64,000 bases of DNA from Candidatus Cloacimonadales bacterium (GTDB lineage: Bacteria; Cloacimonadota; Cloacimonadia; Cloacimonadales; JAIOQZ01). The stretch's first letter is position 1. Every line of letters begins with the position of its first letter. The position numbers and the translations under genes were made by a program. The stretch is taken from contig OY771587.1 of NCBI GenBank assembly GCA_963674825.1, positions 2,976,001 to 3,040,000 of the forward strand, written 5' to 3'. Under the pieces are notes generated by a model. That model worked only from the letters and a program-made list of their open reading frames with translations. It was not told where the DNA came from and made no database searches. Positions 1 to 9,605 of this stretch are shown here, piece after piece.

Positions 1-126
1 TACATGGAAAAACTGATGGATGTCGTGATCGATCACCTCATTCAAGAACGTTGGGAGCATGGAGAGACAAGAATTTTTGAACCGGTTGAACCTGATCCAT
101 CAGGAGCAACAGGACTATTTGGCTAA
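1..126 (+). CDS. 3' end of an upstream gene truncated by the window edge (product unknown)
   Basis: Frame 1 is open from base 1 (YMEKLMDVVIDHLIQERW...) to TAA at 124-126 and overlaps the HDOD start. Confidence 0.4.
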   Translation, partial: YMEKLMDVVIDHLIQERWEHGETRIFEPVEPDPSGATGLFG

Positions 127-922
127 AACAGCCGCACTGATCGAATTCAAACACCTGATTCGCAAGCCTACTGTCAACGCAGTCGAGATCGTGGAGTGTC
201 TGGAGAAGGACACCTCGCTGGTCGCGGAACTGCTGCGGAAATCCAATGCGCCGGTCTATGGCCTGGTCAAGAAGGTCAAGACTATCCAGCAGGCGATCGC
301 GGTAATCGGCCTGGATCAAGTGACGCAGATTTTCACCATGGATATTATGCAGAAGGTGCTTTTCCCCGAGCGACCCACGCAGCAGTGCCAGGACCTCTGG
401 AAGCATTCGGTCGCTGTGGCGGTGGCTTCGCGCTATCTGGCATCATTGACCATCAAGAAGCGCTATTGGGAAGAGTATTTCCTGGCCGGGTTGCTGCATG
501 ATGTAGGCAAGTTTATTCTCATCAAACACTTGCCCGATATCAATTCGGCAATAGAGCGCGAAATGGACCGTAATCCCGAGATGCGGCTGCTCGTCGCGGA
601 AAACAACGTGATGTCCATGACTCACCAGGAGGTGGGCGCGTTTTTCGCGGAACAGTGGAATTTCCCGGACTACCTTGTCTCCGCGATCCGACACCATCAT
701 TTCTTTGAGCTGGCGCGGTCGGATAAGCAGGTAGTAGCCGCTATTACAGCCGGAAACAACATCGCCAAGGCCATGATGATCGGCGAATCCGGCAATCGTT
801 ACGTCGAGCCGTTACCCCGTTGGGTATGGCAGATGCTTGGTATTTCGCCAAAAGATTTCGATATGGTCGTTCGGATGGTGTATCGCCAGTTCAACGGCGT
901 CATGAACATGTTCGAGTATTGA
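59..922 (+). CDS. HDOD domain signal-transduction protein
   Basis: DxSLxAxLLRxSN, IQQAIAVIG, LWKHSVAVA, AGLLHDVGK, H-x-EVG and W-x-FP motifs typical of HDOD. Confidence 0.9.
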   Translation: MERQEFLNRLNLIHQEQQDYLAKTAALIEFKHLIRKPTVNAVEIVECLEKDTSLVAELLRKSNAPVYGLVKKVKTIQQAIAVIGLDQVTQIFTMDIMQKVLFPERPTQQCQDLWKHSVAVAVASRYLASLTIKKRYWEEYFLAGLLHDVGKFILIKHLPDINSAIEREMDRNPEMRLLVAENNVMSMTHQEVGAFFAEQWNFPDYLVSAIRHHHFFELARSDKQVVAAITAGNNIAKAMMIGESGNRYVEPLPRWVWQMLGISPKDFDMVVRMVYRQFNGVMNMFEY

Positions 923-960
923 TCCCTCTGGTTACGCAGGCGACTCGTCCATATCACTAA

Positions 961-992
961 TCCTAACCTTCGCCCTTTTCTCAGGGAGAGGG
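961..992. repeat. Degenerate CCCTC/GGGAGAGGG-type palindromic intergenic repeat
   Basis: CCTAACCTTCGCCC-N8-GGGAGAGGG, similar to the copies at 11184, 11316, 14681 and 23216. Confidence 0.5.
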
Positions 993-1013
993 TCGGTTCG
1001 ACGAAGGAGAACC

Positions 1014-2609
1014 CTATTTCATCAGCGTCACCTTTTTCGTCTGGATGACATGACCATCCATCTTGAGCTTACAGAAGTAGATTCCGCTCGCTTTGTCTTT
1101 CGGTTTCCAGGTTACGGTTTCACCGGCATGATCGACCGCAATCGTTTCCACCTTTTGCCCTCGTATATTATAGATTTCTATCGTCAAATTGTGGTATTCG
1201 GTATCCGTCTTGATCTCGAACGATATCTCCGGGTTGAACGGATTCGGGTAGGCATTAAAAGTAATATCTGAAGATGGAACTGACTCGTCGCTCGTATCAT
1301 CGGTATCCACCTCTTCAAGATCCTCATGTCCGCCGTAAACGTACACATGCCCCCAGTTCCAATAAGCGTTCCCGCCATCTCCATATGCTCCCACGGCGAT
1401 ATCATCGAACCCGTCGTTATCGAAATCGCCAACGGCATGAGAACGGGAGGTTCCAAAACCGTCCTGTCCGTTTCCTCGATTAAAATCCCATGTCCCATTT
1501 TGATCGCCCAGGTAGAAATATAGATATCCGCCTGCTCCTGACGCTGGATAATGGTATGGTTTAATGATGTCTCCCTTGCCGTCTCCATTCAGATCACCGA
1601 ATGATGGCATCAGGTCAGAATAATACTCGATATAACCGTACCAATCCCAGTGGATGGTTTCGCCACCTCTCCATAAGGGGCAACCGATCGCAGTCATCGA
1701 TTCCTCGTCCACATCATACCCCGAGATCACGAAATCATCATAGCCATCGCCATCCCAGTCTCCGGCAGGCCACAACTCATACCACAGATTCGGCAATACG
1801 AGAAACTCCAGCTCATAATCCGGCGTCGTAGTTTGCGTCGGACCTCCATAGAAGAAGCGATTGTAATGGCGATAACGGGTTCCATCCCAGTCGAGTTCGT
1901 AATAGTAGTTGAAGTCGTCGTAGCCGTCACCGTTTACATCTCCTAAGCCGCGGAATCCCTTTCCATTCCGCGTGTAGAGGGAATCCACGAACGGTACCCT
2001 TTCGAAGCTCCCGCCATAGACGATGGAATAGGATAGTGTATCGGCACGATCTTCCGTAATTCCCGCATCGTCGTAGCCATCACCGTTGATGTCGCCGAGG
2101 GGATTGATTGCTCGATCGGATGTACTATGTAAATACCAGTAGTCAGGAATCGTATCATTTATCGTGTTACCTAGTAAAATCCCCGTATAAAAGCAATATT
2201 GGTAATCCCCATTGTTAATTGCATAGCTATAACTAAATCCTAAATCGTCACAGTTATCACCATTCATATCACCAAGATTCTGAATATCTCTCCACAATTC
2301 AATGTACACTTTACTTGTATCAATGGGGGTAGAAATTGTAAGATCTGGTACGCTAGATAATCCATCGTCTGAGCCAAAATAAACATATAGCTTACCACGG
2401 TAGTAATGTATTTCTTCGTCAAGATAATATCTTCGAGCACTCACCGCCAAATCATCGATGCCGTCACCATTGAAATCTAGCGCAATAACATAGTAGCCGT
2501 AATCGTCACAGGCTTGTTCGCCTTGCTGTTCCCACACTACGTTCATAAAATTGGTGCTGTATAACAATGCGCTCATGGCGAGTAAAATCAATAAATGTAG
2601 ATATCGCAT
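1014..2609 (-). CDS. Secreted FG-GAP (integrin alpha-like) repeat protein with T9SS-type-A-like C-terminal domain
   Basis: Signal peptide MRYLHLLILL after GGAGG; multiple GDxNGDGYDD repeats; YPNPFNP...IYNIRGQKV...SGIYFC...KKVTLMK terminus. Confidence 0.85.
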   Translation of the reverse strand: MRYLHLLILLAMSALLYSTNFMNVVWEQQGEQACDDYGYYVIALDFNGDGIDDLAVSARRYYLDEEIHYYRGKLYVYFGSDDGLSSVPDLTISTPIDTSKVYIELWRDIQNLGDMNGDNCDDLGFSYSYAINNGDYQYCFYTGILLGNTINDTIPDYWYLHSTSDRAINPLGDINGDGYDDAGITEDRADTLSYSIVYGGSFERVPFVDSLYTRNGKGFRGLGDVNGDGYDDFNYYYELDWDGTRYRHYNRFFYGGPTQTTTPDYELEFLVLPNLWYELWPAGDWDGDGYDDFVISGYDVDEESMTAIGCPLWRGGETIHWDWYGYIEYYSDLMPSFGDLNGDGKGDIIKPYHYPASGAGGYLYFYLGDQNGTWDFNRGNGQDGFGTSRSHAVGDFDNDGFDDIAVGAYGDGGNAYWNWGHVYVYGGHEDLEEVDTDDTSDESVPSSDITFNAYPNPFNPEISFEIKTDTEYHNLTIEIYNIRGQKVETIAVDHAGETVTWKPKDKASGIYFCKLKMDGHVIQTKKVTLMK

Positions 2610-2696
2610 GGTTGCCCTCCCATATGAGAAAGAGTCATGAGATTGTCGAGGATGCGTCAAGGAAAATAGTGACAAGAAGTGGAAAGTACCGGGCAT

Positions 2697-2723
2697 AAAA
2701 AAAGCTGCCGGAATGGCAGCTTT
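2697..2723 (-). terminator. Rho-independent terminator of the che-like operon
   Basis: AAAGCTGCC/GGCAGCTTT stem with a U-tract on the minus strand. Confidence 0.75.
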
Positions 2724-2740
2724 GAATAATCAAAAGGTTT

Positions 2741-3160
2741 CTATACTTCTTTGAACATGATTTTCATGGGTTGATTTCGATAGAAGATCATCTCCGATTC
2801 GAAATCGGGAGCATCCTGTTTCATCTCTTCGAATGGTACCGTCTTTGGGAAGGGCAGGAGCTTCGCGTGATGGGGATAGAGCTTGCCGATGAAGTTTCCG
2901 CCGATCATGTTAACGATTTCCTGAAGGCAGTCGGCGATGTCGTCCGTGGTGGGTTCATCGGGCAGGCCAAGGAAATTGACGGTCAGCTCGGTAGCGAGGT
3001 CTTTCCCGAGCAGGAGTCTGAACTGGAAAGCGTCGTCGTCGAACCGTGTGCAGAAACGGTAGGATTCGATAATTTCATCGGGTGGGGTTTCTTCAACCAG
3101 GAAGAACATCTCTTCGAGGATGTTAGAAATCGTATCCCTCAAAACTTTCATCTTCTTCAT
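2741..3160 (-). CDS. CheX-like phosphatase family protein
   Basis: ExxN motif (DCLQEIVNMIGGN); follows a CheY; start chosen 9 nt after AGGAG. Confidence 0.65.
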   Translation of the reverse strand: MKKMKVLRDTISNILEEMFFLVEETPPDEIIESYRFCTRFDDDAFQFRLLLGKDLATELTVNFLGLPDEPTTDDIADCLQEIVNMIGGNFIGKLYPHHAKLLPFPKTVPFEEMKQDAPDFESEMIFYRNQPMKIMFKEV

Positions 3161-3548
3161 CGAGTGCATCTCCTATATCTAATAGCCTTGTGAGGTATTC
3201 GCGAACCTCTTCGGGTCTGAACGGTTTGTGCAGCAGTCCAGCTACCTTGTCTCCCAATACATCGAGAATTTCGTCGCTTCTGGTTTCCGATGTGATCACC
3301 ACGATTGGAGTGTACTTGAACATATCGTTCTTTCGCACTTCGTTGACAAAGGTGAACCCGTCCATTTCGGGCATATTGATGTCGGTGAAGATCATATCGA
3401 CCCAATTTCCGGCGAGAACATCCAGTCCTTCGATACCGTTGCCGGCTTCCAGAAAGTCAACGTCTCCGATATGACACATACGGATGACTTTTATCATTAC
3501 TTTTCGAAGCGAACGCGAGTCATCTACTATCAGCAGCTTCAATGACAT
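3123..3548 (-). CDS. CheY-like single-domain response regulator with acidic C-terminal tail
   Basis: LIVDDS, FTDINMPEMDG, VITSE and KPF receiver motifs. Confidence 0.9.
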   Translation of the reverse strand: MSLKLLIVDDSRSLRKVMIKVIRMCHIGDVDFLEAGNGIEGLDVLAGNWVDMIFTDINMPEMDGFTFVNEVRKNDMFKYTPIVVITSETRSDEILDVLGDKVAGLLHKPFRPEEVREYLTRLLDIGDALDEEDESFEGYDF

Positions 3549-3560
3549 ACGAATAATCTC

Positions 3561-4400
3561 CTAAAGAGTTAAATTTTCAACCAGGTCTTTTATTTTATCG
3601 ACCGAACCTGAGATGATCTGGTCCAGTTCGCGGCTTTTGATGTTATACTTGAGCAGGAGTTGCTCATAGCCCGAATACGCCAGAGAATCGCGCGTCGAGA
3701 GCTTGCCGATCAAAAACGCGATGTAGTCTGCGAGCGCAACGATATAGACGTAAGGGCTATTGCTCCGGTCCGGATTGTGATGGAATTTCGCGACGTCCGT
3801 GATGACTTTGCTGAAGTTCCATTTCTTCAGGATCGCGGAACCGACGACCGGGTGCGTGAATCCGATGATTTTACGCTCGGCCGTGGTGAAGTCGATACTT
3901 GTCTCCTGAACAAGTGTTATTATTTTCTCGAACTCATCCGATACGTACTGGCTCATAATAATCTTTCCGATATCGTGGAGCAGTGCGGCAGTAAAAAGTA
4001 TCGCGGGATCGAGGTTTGGTTCGTATTTACGCAGTTCTTCGGCGATGGTCGCCACTGAGAGCGAGTGCTCCCATATCTCACCTTGCAGCGATTCGTAGCC
4101 GGGAAGGTATTTCTCGAAATACTTCCTGGCGGCGGAAATCATGATGATGGATGTCATCTGGTTTACGCCCAGATAGCTGATAGCCGTCTGCAGATCGTTA
4201 ATCTCGCTGCTCTTGGTGTAAGCGGCAGAATTAACGACCTTGAGGATGTTCGCCGTGAGCGATGGATCGTATTTGATCAGATCAGTAAGCTCGCGAACGC
4301 TGAAATCCTCGTTGCGGATGATGGTCATAGCTTTCTGCGCGACTTTGCTGAAAGGAGGAAGATATTCAATATCCGCAACAATGTCAGACATCTTTATCAT
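3561..4400 (-). CDS. HDOD domain protein
   Basis: LPPFS, DPSLTANILKVVNSA, IWEHSL, LLHDIGK, GFTHPVVG. Confidence 0.9.
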   Translation of the reverse strand: MIKMSDIVADIEYLPPFSKVAQKAMTIIRNEDFSVRELTDLIKYDPSLTANILKVVNSAAYTKSSEINDLQTAISYLGVNQMTSIIMISAARKYFEKYLPGYESLQGEIWEHSLSVATIAEELRKYEPNLDPAILFTAALLHDIGKIIMSQYVSDEFEKIITLVQETSIDFTTAERKIIGFTHPVVGSAILKKWNFSKVITDVAKFHHNPDRSNSPYVYIVALADYIAFLIGKLSTRDSLAYSGYEQLLLKYNIKSRELDQIISGSVDKIKDLVENLTL

Positions 4401-4879
4401 ATCTCATACTCCTCGGACGAATTGGAAATCACGCATCGGCCTGTCTCGACATAAAGTCTAACGGTACGGCTCTTGGAGCCGCCAACATCCTCGGCTGTAA
4501 TCATGATGTTATTTCGCCACAGTATTTTACGGACAGCTGCGTAATTCCGCTCCCCGATATTGAAAAACTTGTTCTTATCCATAACGTTGCTACCGCCGAT
4601 CACCTTGACAATCACGCGATTGCGCTTTGCACCAAGGCCGAATAATGATTTGAACAACAGCGGAACTCCGGTATCGACATATTTGAAAGGAACAAGGTTT
4701 TCACGATCGCGCTCGATGGACGAATCCGGCAACATCACATGAATCATTCCACCGACCTTCTGCACGGGATCGTACAGAACGACAGCCACACAAGAACCGA
4801 GTGAATAGGTGACGATTGTATCTTCTGGCTTGTCTGAAACCTTCATGTCGGCGATATTGACTACAACATATTTAGCCAT
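4397..4879 (-). CDS. cheD: Chemoreceptor glutamine deamidase CheD
   Basis: TYSLGSCVAV and GGMIHVMLP (catalytic Cys/His), IGERN, EDVGG. Confidence 0.92.
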   Translation of the reverse strand: MAKYVVVNIADMKVSDKPEDTIVTYSLGSCVAVVLYDPVQKVGGMIHVMLPDSSIERDRENLVPFKYVDTGVPLLFKSLFGLGAKRNRVIVKVIGGSNVMDKNKFFNIGERNYAAVRKILWRNNIMITAEDVGGSKSRTVRLYVETGRCVISNSSEEYEI

Positions 4880-5128
4880 ACTTTGTCCTGACAATTATTT
4901 CCGGCAACTGGAATCCCGTATCATACCTCTCAGCCAGTCACCGCCTCATTTACGTTTTGTCAACGGGAAAGAGGTTTGTAAAGCTTTTTTTTTACATTAT
5001 ACTGCTGTTCCCGGGAAAAACCATTTTTTTTGAATTAAATCCATTCGTGAAAACTTACAAAAAAGGAAAAACTTGATTGGTTTGGATTGATGTAGTACTA
5101 TGGATTATCAACAAGATTGGAGGTTGAG

Positions 5129-7945
5129 ATGCACCGAAGATGCTGGTTTGTGTTTATACTTTTTTTTCTGACGAATACTTTTCTTATCGGAGTGAGCATA
5201 TCGTCAAATAACTGTTCACTGACCCCTGTGATGCAGCCGAACATGGCGCGCGGCGACTCCATGATCACACTGATTATCCAGGGTAATATATCCGCGGAAT
5301 TACTGCAATCATACGGTTTGAAAACAGGCGGAAGAGTTGGCGATGTCCAGACGGTTACCTTGCCGATGGATCAGGTTCCGAGTTTAAACCGGATTCCTGG
5401 GATCGAGAGAATATTTTTTTCCAAACGCCATGAATTGCTTCTGGACGACTCCACTTCCGATCTTGTCAATGGTTCCGATTACGCAGGCTGCAACGCCGAC
5501 GCGATTCAAGCACTCGGTGTCGATGGATCGGGTGTGATCGTTGCAGTAATCGATTCGACGCCATTCAACTGGAAGCACGAAGATTTCACGGATGGTGGTC
5601 TTGCCGGCGTTCGTACGTTGTATATCTGGGATCAGACGGGAACAGGTGGTACAGCGCCCTCCGAATCAGGCTGCGGATATGGAAGAGAATATTCGCAATC
5701 GGATCTTCAGGCCGATAATGGCCCGGCAACGACTGGCACCAACCACGGAACGCCCTGCATGGGCATCGCGGCAGGCGATGGCTCGGCAAGTGGAGGAACC
5801 CGCATAGGTATGGCTCCCGGAGCGGATATCATTTATGTGAAGGTCGATCAGTACGATTACAACATTGTCGATGCGCTTTCCTATATCGAGCAAAAATCGG
5901 ATGCACTGGTCGAGCCGGTCTCTGTCAGCATGAGTCTGGGTACCAAATACGCTATTGCGGACGGTACTGACGCGATCTCGCAAGCGATCGACAATTTTTC
6001 CAACGAAGGCCGTTCCGTGTCTGTTGCCGCCGGTAACTATTATACAACCTCCGATCACGCATACGGGACAGCTACATATGGTGCACCTACTTCTAACCTC
6101 ACAATGCGTGTTGACAGCTACAGCGACACCGGAACTAGCCACTATGCCGATTATCTCGGCGCATTCATCAGCTACAAGCAGGGTGACGACTTCGATGTGA
6201 CGGTCACCTCTCCTTCCGGAAGCGATTACACCACGACAGTCACCGACCAGGACGAATACTTCGAGACGCCCGACGGCAGGTTGGAAATCTGGCATGACTC
6301 CGGTCCGATGATACTTGTGGTTGTTTGTGATACTACAGGCACGATTACGGTTGGCGATGAATGGCAGATTGATTTGACTGTCCCGGACGCAAGCTATGAC
6401 GACGAAGGCGGAATGTGGTCTGCGTATGTTGTCCAGAATCATATAACGGGGCATTTTACCACCTACCAGACCGGGCAATATACATTGAATGCCTGGGCCT
6501 CGGGATTGGAATGCATCAGCGTGGGTGCGCACAGCAAGACAACCGGTGTGATGTATTCGCAATCCAGCTCCGGGCCGACAAGCGATGGACGCGACAAACC
6601 GGATCTGACGGCGCCTACAGATGCATATGCGGCAAACACGACGAGCACGACAGGCTATTCATCCCTCTGCTGTACCAGTGGCGCAGCACCTCATGTAGCT
6701 GGCGCGATTGCCCTCATGTATCAGAAATATCCAGATGCGAAACCAGACGGACTTCGACAGATGCTGATAGACACGGCCTACAATGATTCACGGACCGGCG
6801 CAATCCCGGATGGAAACCCAGATACACGCTGGGGCTATGGCAAACTTAACGCCTACGGGGCGTATGACGAAACGCCGTACCAAATCAGAGAAGCGATTGC
6901 CGGAACCGGCACGTATTCGTTCAGTATGGCCGATGAAATCGGTGCGCCTACGGTAGCGGAGATCGATTTCAGCAGCGAGGACATTGACTACGTTACGCTG
7001 ACCAAACACCTGAATGAGTTCCCGCCTCTCTTGCCGGAGAACGATCGCGTTGTACGCTGCTGGTTTGAAATCGACACCAAGGGTGGAAGCGGAACCTTCG
7101 ATTGCGATCTGACATTTTTTTACACTACTGACGAGCTCAACAACGGTGGTTTTGCTGATCCTGCGGCATCCGAGACAAGGCTTGTTCTCTATCGTTACAA
7201 CGGAAGTAGTTGGGTCGAAATGGGCGGTACGGTAGATACGGCAACCAACACCGTAACGCTGCCTGGCGTCAGCGAATTTTCCAACTGGTGCATTACCGAT
7301 CCGGATGACACAACGCTGCCCAGCGAACTGATCACCATGCTCTGGTCGCAGATTCATGGTGGAGGCGTTTTGCTGGAATGGACTGTGGAAGCGGAGACCG
7401 ACAGGCTTGGTTACCATGTGCTGCGAGCGGATACCGATAATCTCGATGAAGCAATGATGATGACAACGTCGCTTATTCCGGCGGAAAATTCGACCTGCTC
7501 GACACTTTACCAGTATCTGGATGACTCGGTTGAGGTAGATTCCGATTACTTCTACTGGCTTCAAGTGCTGGAAGCGGATGGAGGTGTGTCGTATCTTGGT
7601 TCGTATCATGTGGCGATCGAGGAAGATGGGGAAGAGGTCGATCCTGCTGAGCCGTTGATATCGCGTCTGTTGGGAAACTACCCGAATCCGTTCAATCCTG
7701 ATACACGTATCTACTTTGATCTTGCGTCAGAAAACGATCTTGAACACGTCCGGCTGGAAGTATATAATGTCAAGGGACAACGTGTGAAAACACTGTTTGA
7801 CGGCTTCATCGAACCGGGTTCGAATCGCTCGATCTTATGGGATGGAACCGATGAAGTTGGCAAAACGGTCTCGACCGGTGTATATTACTACAGACTGGAG
7901 ACGACCGATCGCGTTTTAACCGGAAAGGCTATGCTGATTAAATAA
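5129..7945 (+). CDS. Secreted S8 subtilase (Csp-like, interrupted catalytic domain) with T9SS-like/FlgD-Ig C-terminal domain
   Basis: VAVIDS, HGT, AAGN, DKPDLTAP, TSGAAPHVAG, WGYGKL; C-terminal NYPNPFNP...GKAMLIK; GGAGG before the ATG. Confidence 0.85.
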   Translation: MHRRCWFVFILFFLTNTFLIGVSISSNNCSLTPVMQPNMARGDSMITLIIQGNISAELLQSYGLKTGGRVGDVQTVTLPMDQVPSLNRIPGIERIFFSKRHELLLDDSTSDLVNGSDYAGCNADAIQALGVDGSGVIVAVIDSTPFNWKHEDFTDGGLAGVRTLYIWDQTGTGGTAPSESGCGYGREYSQSDLQADNGPATTGTNHGTPCMGIAAGDGSASGGTRIGMAPGADIIYVKVDQYDYNIVDALSYIEQKSDALVEPVSVSMSLGTKYAIADGTDAISQAIDNFSNEGRSVSVAAGNYYTTSDHAYGTATYGAPTSNLTMRVDSYSDTGTSHYADYLGAFISYKQGDDFDVTVTSPSGSDYTTTVTDQDEYFETPDGRLEIWHDSGPMILVVVCDTTGTITVGDEWQIDLTVPDASYDDEGGMWSAYVVQNHITGHFTTYQTGQYTLNAWASGLECISVGAHSKTTGVMYSQSSSGPTSDGRDKPDLTAPTDAYAANTTSTTGYSSLCCTSGAAPHVAGAIALMYQKYPDAKPDGLRQMLIDTAYNDSRTGAIPDGNPDTRWGYGKLNAYGAYDETPYQIREAIAGTGTYSFSMADEIGAPTVAEIDFSSEDIDYVTLTKHLNEFPPLLPENDRVVRCWFEIDTKGGSGTFDCDLTFFYTTDELNNGGFADPAASETRLVLYRYNGSSWVEMGGTVDTATNTVTLPGVSEFSNWCITDPDDTTLPSELITMLWSQIHGGGVLLEWTVEAETDRLGYHVLRADTDNLDEAMMMTTSLIPAENSTCSTLYQYLDDSVEVDSDYFYWLQVLEADGGVSYLGSYHVAIEEDGEEVDPAEPLISRLLGNYPNPFNPDTRIYFDLASENDLEHVRLEVYNVKGQRVKTLFDGFIEPGSNRSILWDGTDEVGKTVSTGVYYYRLETTDRVLTGKAMLIK

Positions 7946-7977
7946 GTCGTTTCCGACAGGATGTCGAAGGAGATTGA

Positions 7978-8217
7978 ATGCCGAAAGAAATAATCGATTT
8001 GATAGAAAAGCCGGAAGCCTGCCCGAAGTGCGGACAGGCTCTGGCCGAAATACAATATGGTACGCCTGTGATGAACGCGCAGTTGATCCAGGGATTGGCA
8101 GCAGGAACTGTCAAACTGGGTGGATGCTGCACAACCGGTAACGACCCGCAGTACTATTGCAAGGATTGCGGGAAATACTATCGAGTGAGCTCTAAACGCT
8201 CTTCTGACGCGCCTTGA
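7978..8217 (+). CDS. Small zinc-ribbon-like protein
   Basis: CPKCG...YG-x-P...LGGC...YYCKDCG; AGGAG RBS. Confidence 0.65.
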   Translation: MPKEIIDLIEKPEACPKCGQALAEIQYGTPVMNAQLIQGLAAGTVKLGGCCTTGNDPQYYCKDCGKYYRVSSKRSSDAP

Positions 8218-8557
8218 ACAGCACTGAGGTGACCAGTTCGATCAGGAATCCGTAGATCATTCCCATCACAACGGTGGCGATCAGCAGCGTTGGGCCGGTC
8301 ATGGGCGGATTACCGCCAAGCATGGATCCGAATCCGCCGGGAATGCTGACGATCAGGCCCATGAGCGGACCGTGAATCGCCCAGTGCATCTTCATTGCGC
8401 TGATTCCTATGACGAAGCCGATCAACATTCGTCCGGTAAAAATGGATGCCAGTAACGCGAATGGCATTTCACCGCCGCTGGAAGCGAACAGGCAGCATAT
8501 GATGCCGGAAACCGCACCCATCAGGGTAGCGATAATGATTCGTTTAGCTGAAGTCAT
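8192..8557 (-). CDS. Small integral membrane protein (about 4 TM)
   Basis: Gly-rich hydrophobic helices; AGGAGG RBS. Confidence 0.7.
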   Translation of the reverse strand: MTSAKRIIIATLMGAVSGIICCLFASSGGEMPFALLASIFTGRMLIGFVIGISAMKMHWAIHGPLMGLIVSIPGGFGSMLGGNPPMTGPTLLIATVVMGMIYGFLIELVTSVLFKARQKSV

Positions 8558-8649
8558 GACGTTCCTCCTTGATGAAGGAGATTAACGAGCATGATTCATT
8601 TTATTGCAAGTTTTTTATTGTGTGGAATTGGCGGGATATACGCAGACGG

Positions 8650-8889
8650 TTAATATCGCTTGGATTTCTTCTCGTAGTCTTGTCTGATTTTATCAATTTT
8701 CTTCTGCTCAAAGGGGAAAAGATCGGCTGGTACACTCTTAATTCCGAACTGCGTCGCGACTCGATAACGGGCACACTTGTCGTAGTCCGCGAGGCAATAC
8801 ACTTCCTTCAGCGAAACAGCTGTCTGGGTCGGCTGTGGCATCTGCCCATTGAAAAAGGGACAGAACTCGATTTTCGGGCAATCACTCAT
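8650..8889 (-). CDS. Small four-cysteine hypothetical protein
   Basis: CPxxxxCPFF...YC-x6-CARY...VPxDLxP; GAGG RBS. Confidence 0.65.
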   Translation of the reverse strand: MSDCPKIEFCPFFNGQMPQPTQTAVSLKEVYCLADYDKCARYRVATQFGIKSVPADLFPFEQKKIDKIRQDYEKKSKRY

Positions 8890-8942
8890 GCATACCTCTC
8901 TTTACCTGAAATTATAGCTGACAACGGCGTGCGTGCCAAATC

Positions 8943-9497
8943 CTATTCAGATAAATCTGTTATGCAGCTGAAGAACATGTGGTGGATTGCCTGCTTTTCG
9001 TTTGTCTGATAGCGGTATTTGTCGATGATACCATCGATGAGATCGTTCAGCTCGGTGAATTCTTCTCGTGTCAGGTAGATATCGCTGTTGGAGAGCCGTT
9101 TACCGCCGCTCTGGCCTCGCTGGCTGATCTCGATGAATTTCTGCTTCTCTTTCTCGAAGGATATCTCGGCGGCGGATGCGAAGTTCATGTTGACCTGCAT
9201 TTGAGTGCCCGGATCAAGCTCCTTGCAGGTGAGTTTGAAGATCATCGCGGTCGGTTCATAATATTTGGCGATGATGCCGTGGACTTCCTCGGTTCGGACC
9301 ATATGCAGGATATCGATCTCTTCCAGCTTCTTCACGTGGAAATGGACGTTGGCGGGTTTGACCCCGAGCTCATCCGCGATCTGCTTCACCGTCATGGGTT
9401 CGTCCTGATTACGAAGCACGCGCAGCACTTCCTGGCGCTTCTCGTCCACCATCAATTTGATATGGTTCGGGTCCGAAATTTCTTTTACAGTCAACAT
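8943..9497 (-). CDS. ArsR-like winged-helix transcriptional regulator
   Basis: PMTVKQIADELG...NVHFHVKKL...GIIAKYY. Confidence 0.8.
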   Translation of the reverse strand: MLTVKEISDPNHIKLMVDEKRQEVLRVLRNQDEPMTVKQIADELGVKPANVHFHVKKLEEIDILHMVRTEEVHGIIAKYYEPTAMIFKLTCKELDPGTQMQVNMNFASAAEISFEKEKQKFIEISQRGQSGGKRLSNSDIYLTREEFTELNDLIDGIIDKYRYQTNEKQAIHHMFFSCITDLSE

Positions 9498-9605
9498 ATT
9501 TCTCTCTCCTCGAGTGCCAGAATAAACGAGCGAGAAAAATCGCACAATAAAAAACACTCTTTCCTGCGAAATTTGCCGAATGGGCGTGGTGGATTTGATT
9601 CCCGT

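Noticed and set aside
5666..7609. 298- and 273-aa minus-strand ORFs within the S8 gene
   Set aside because: Fully antisense to a well-supported CDS
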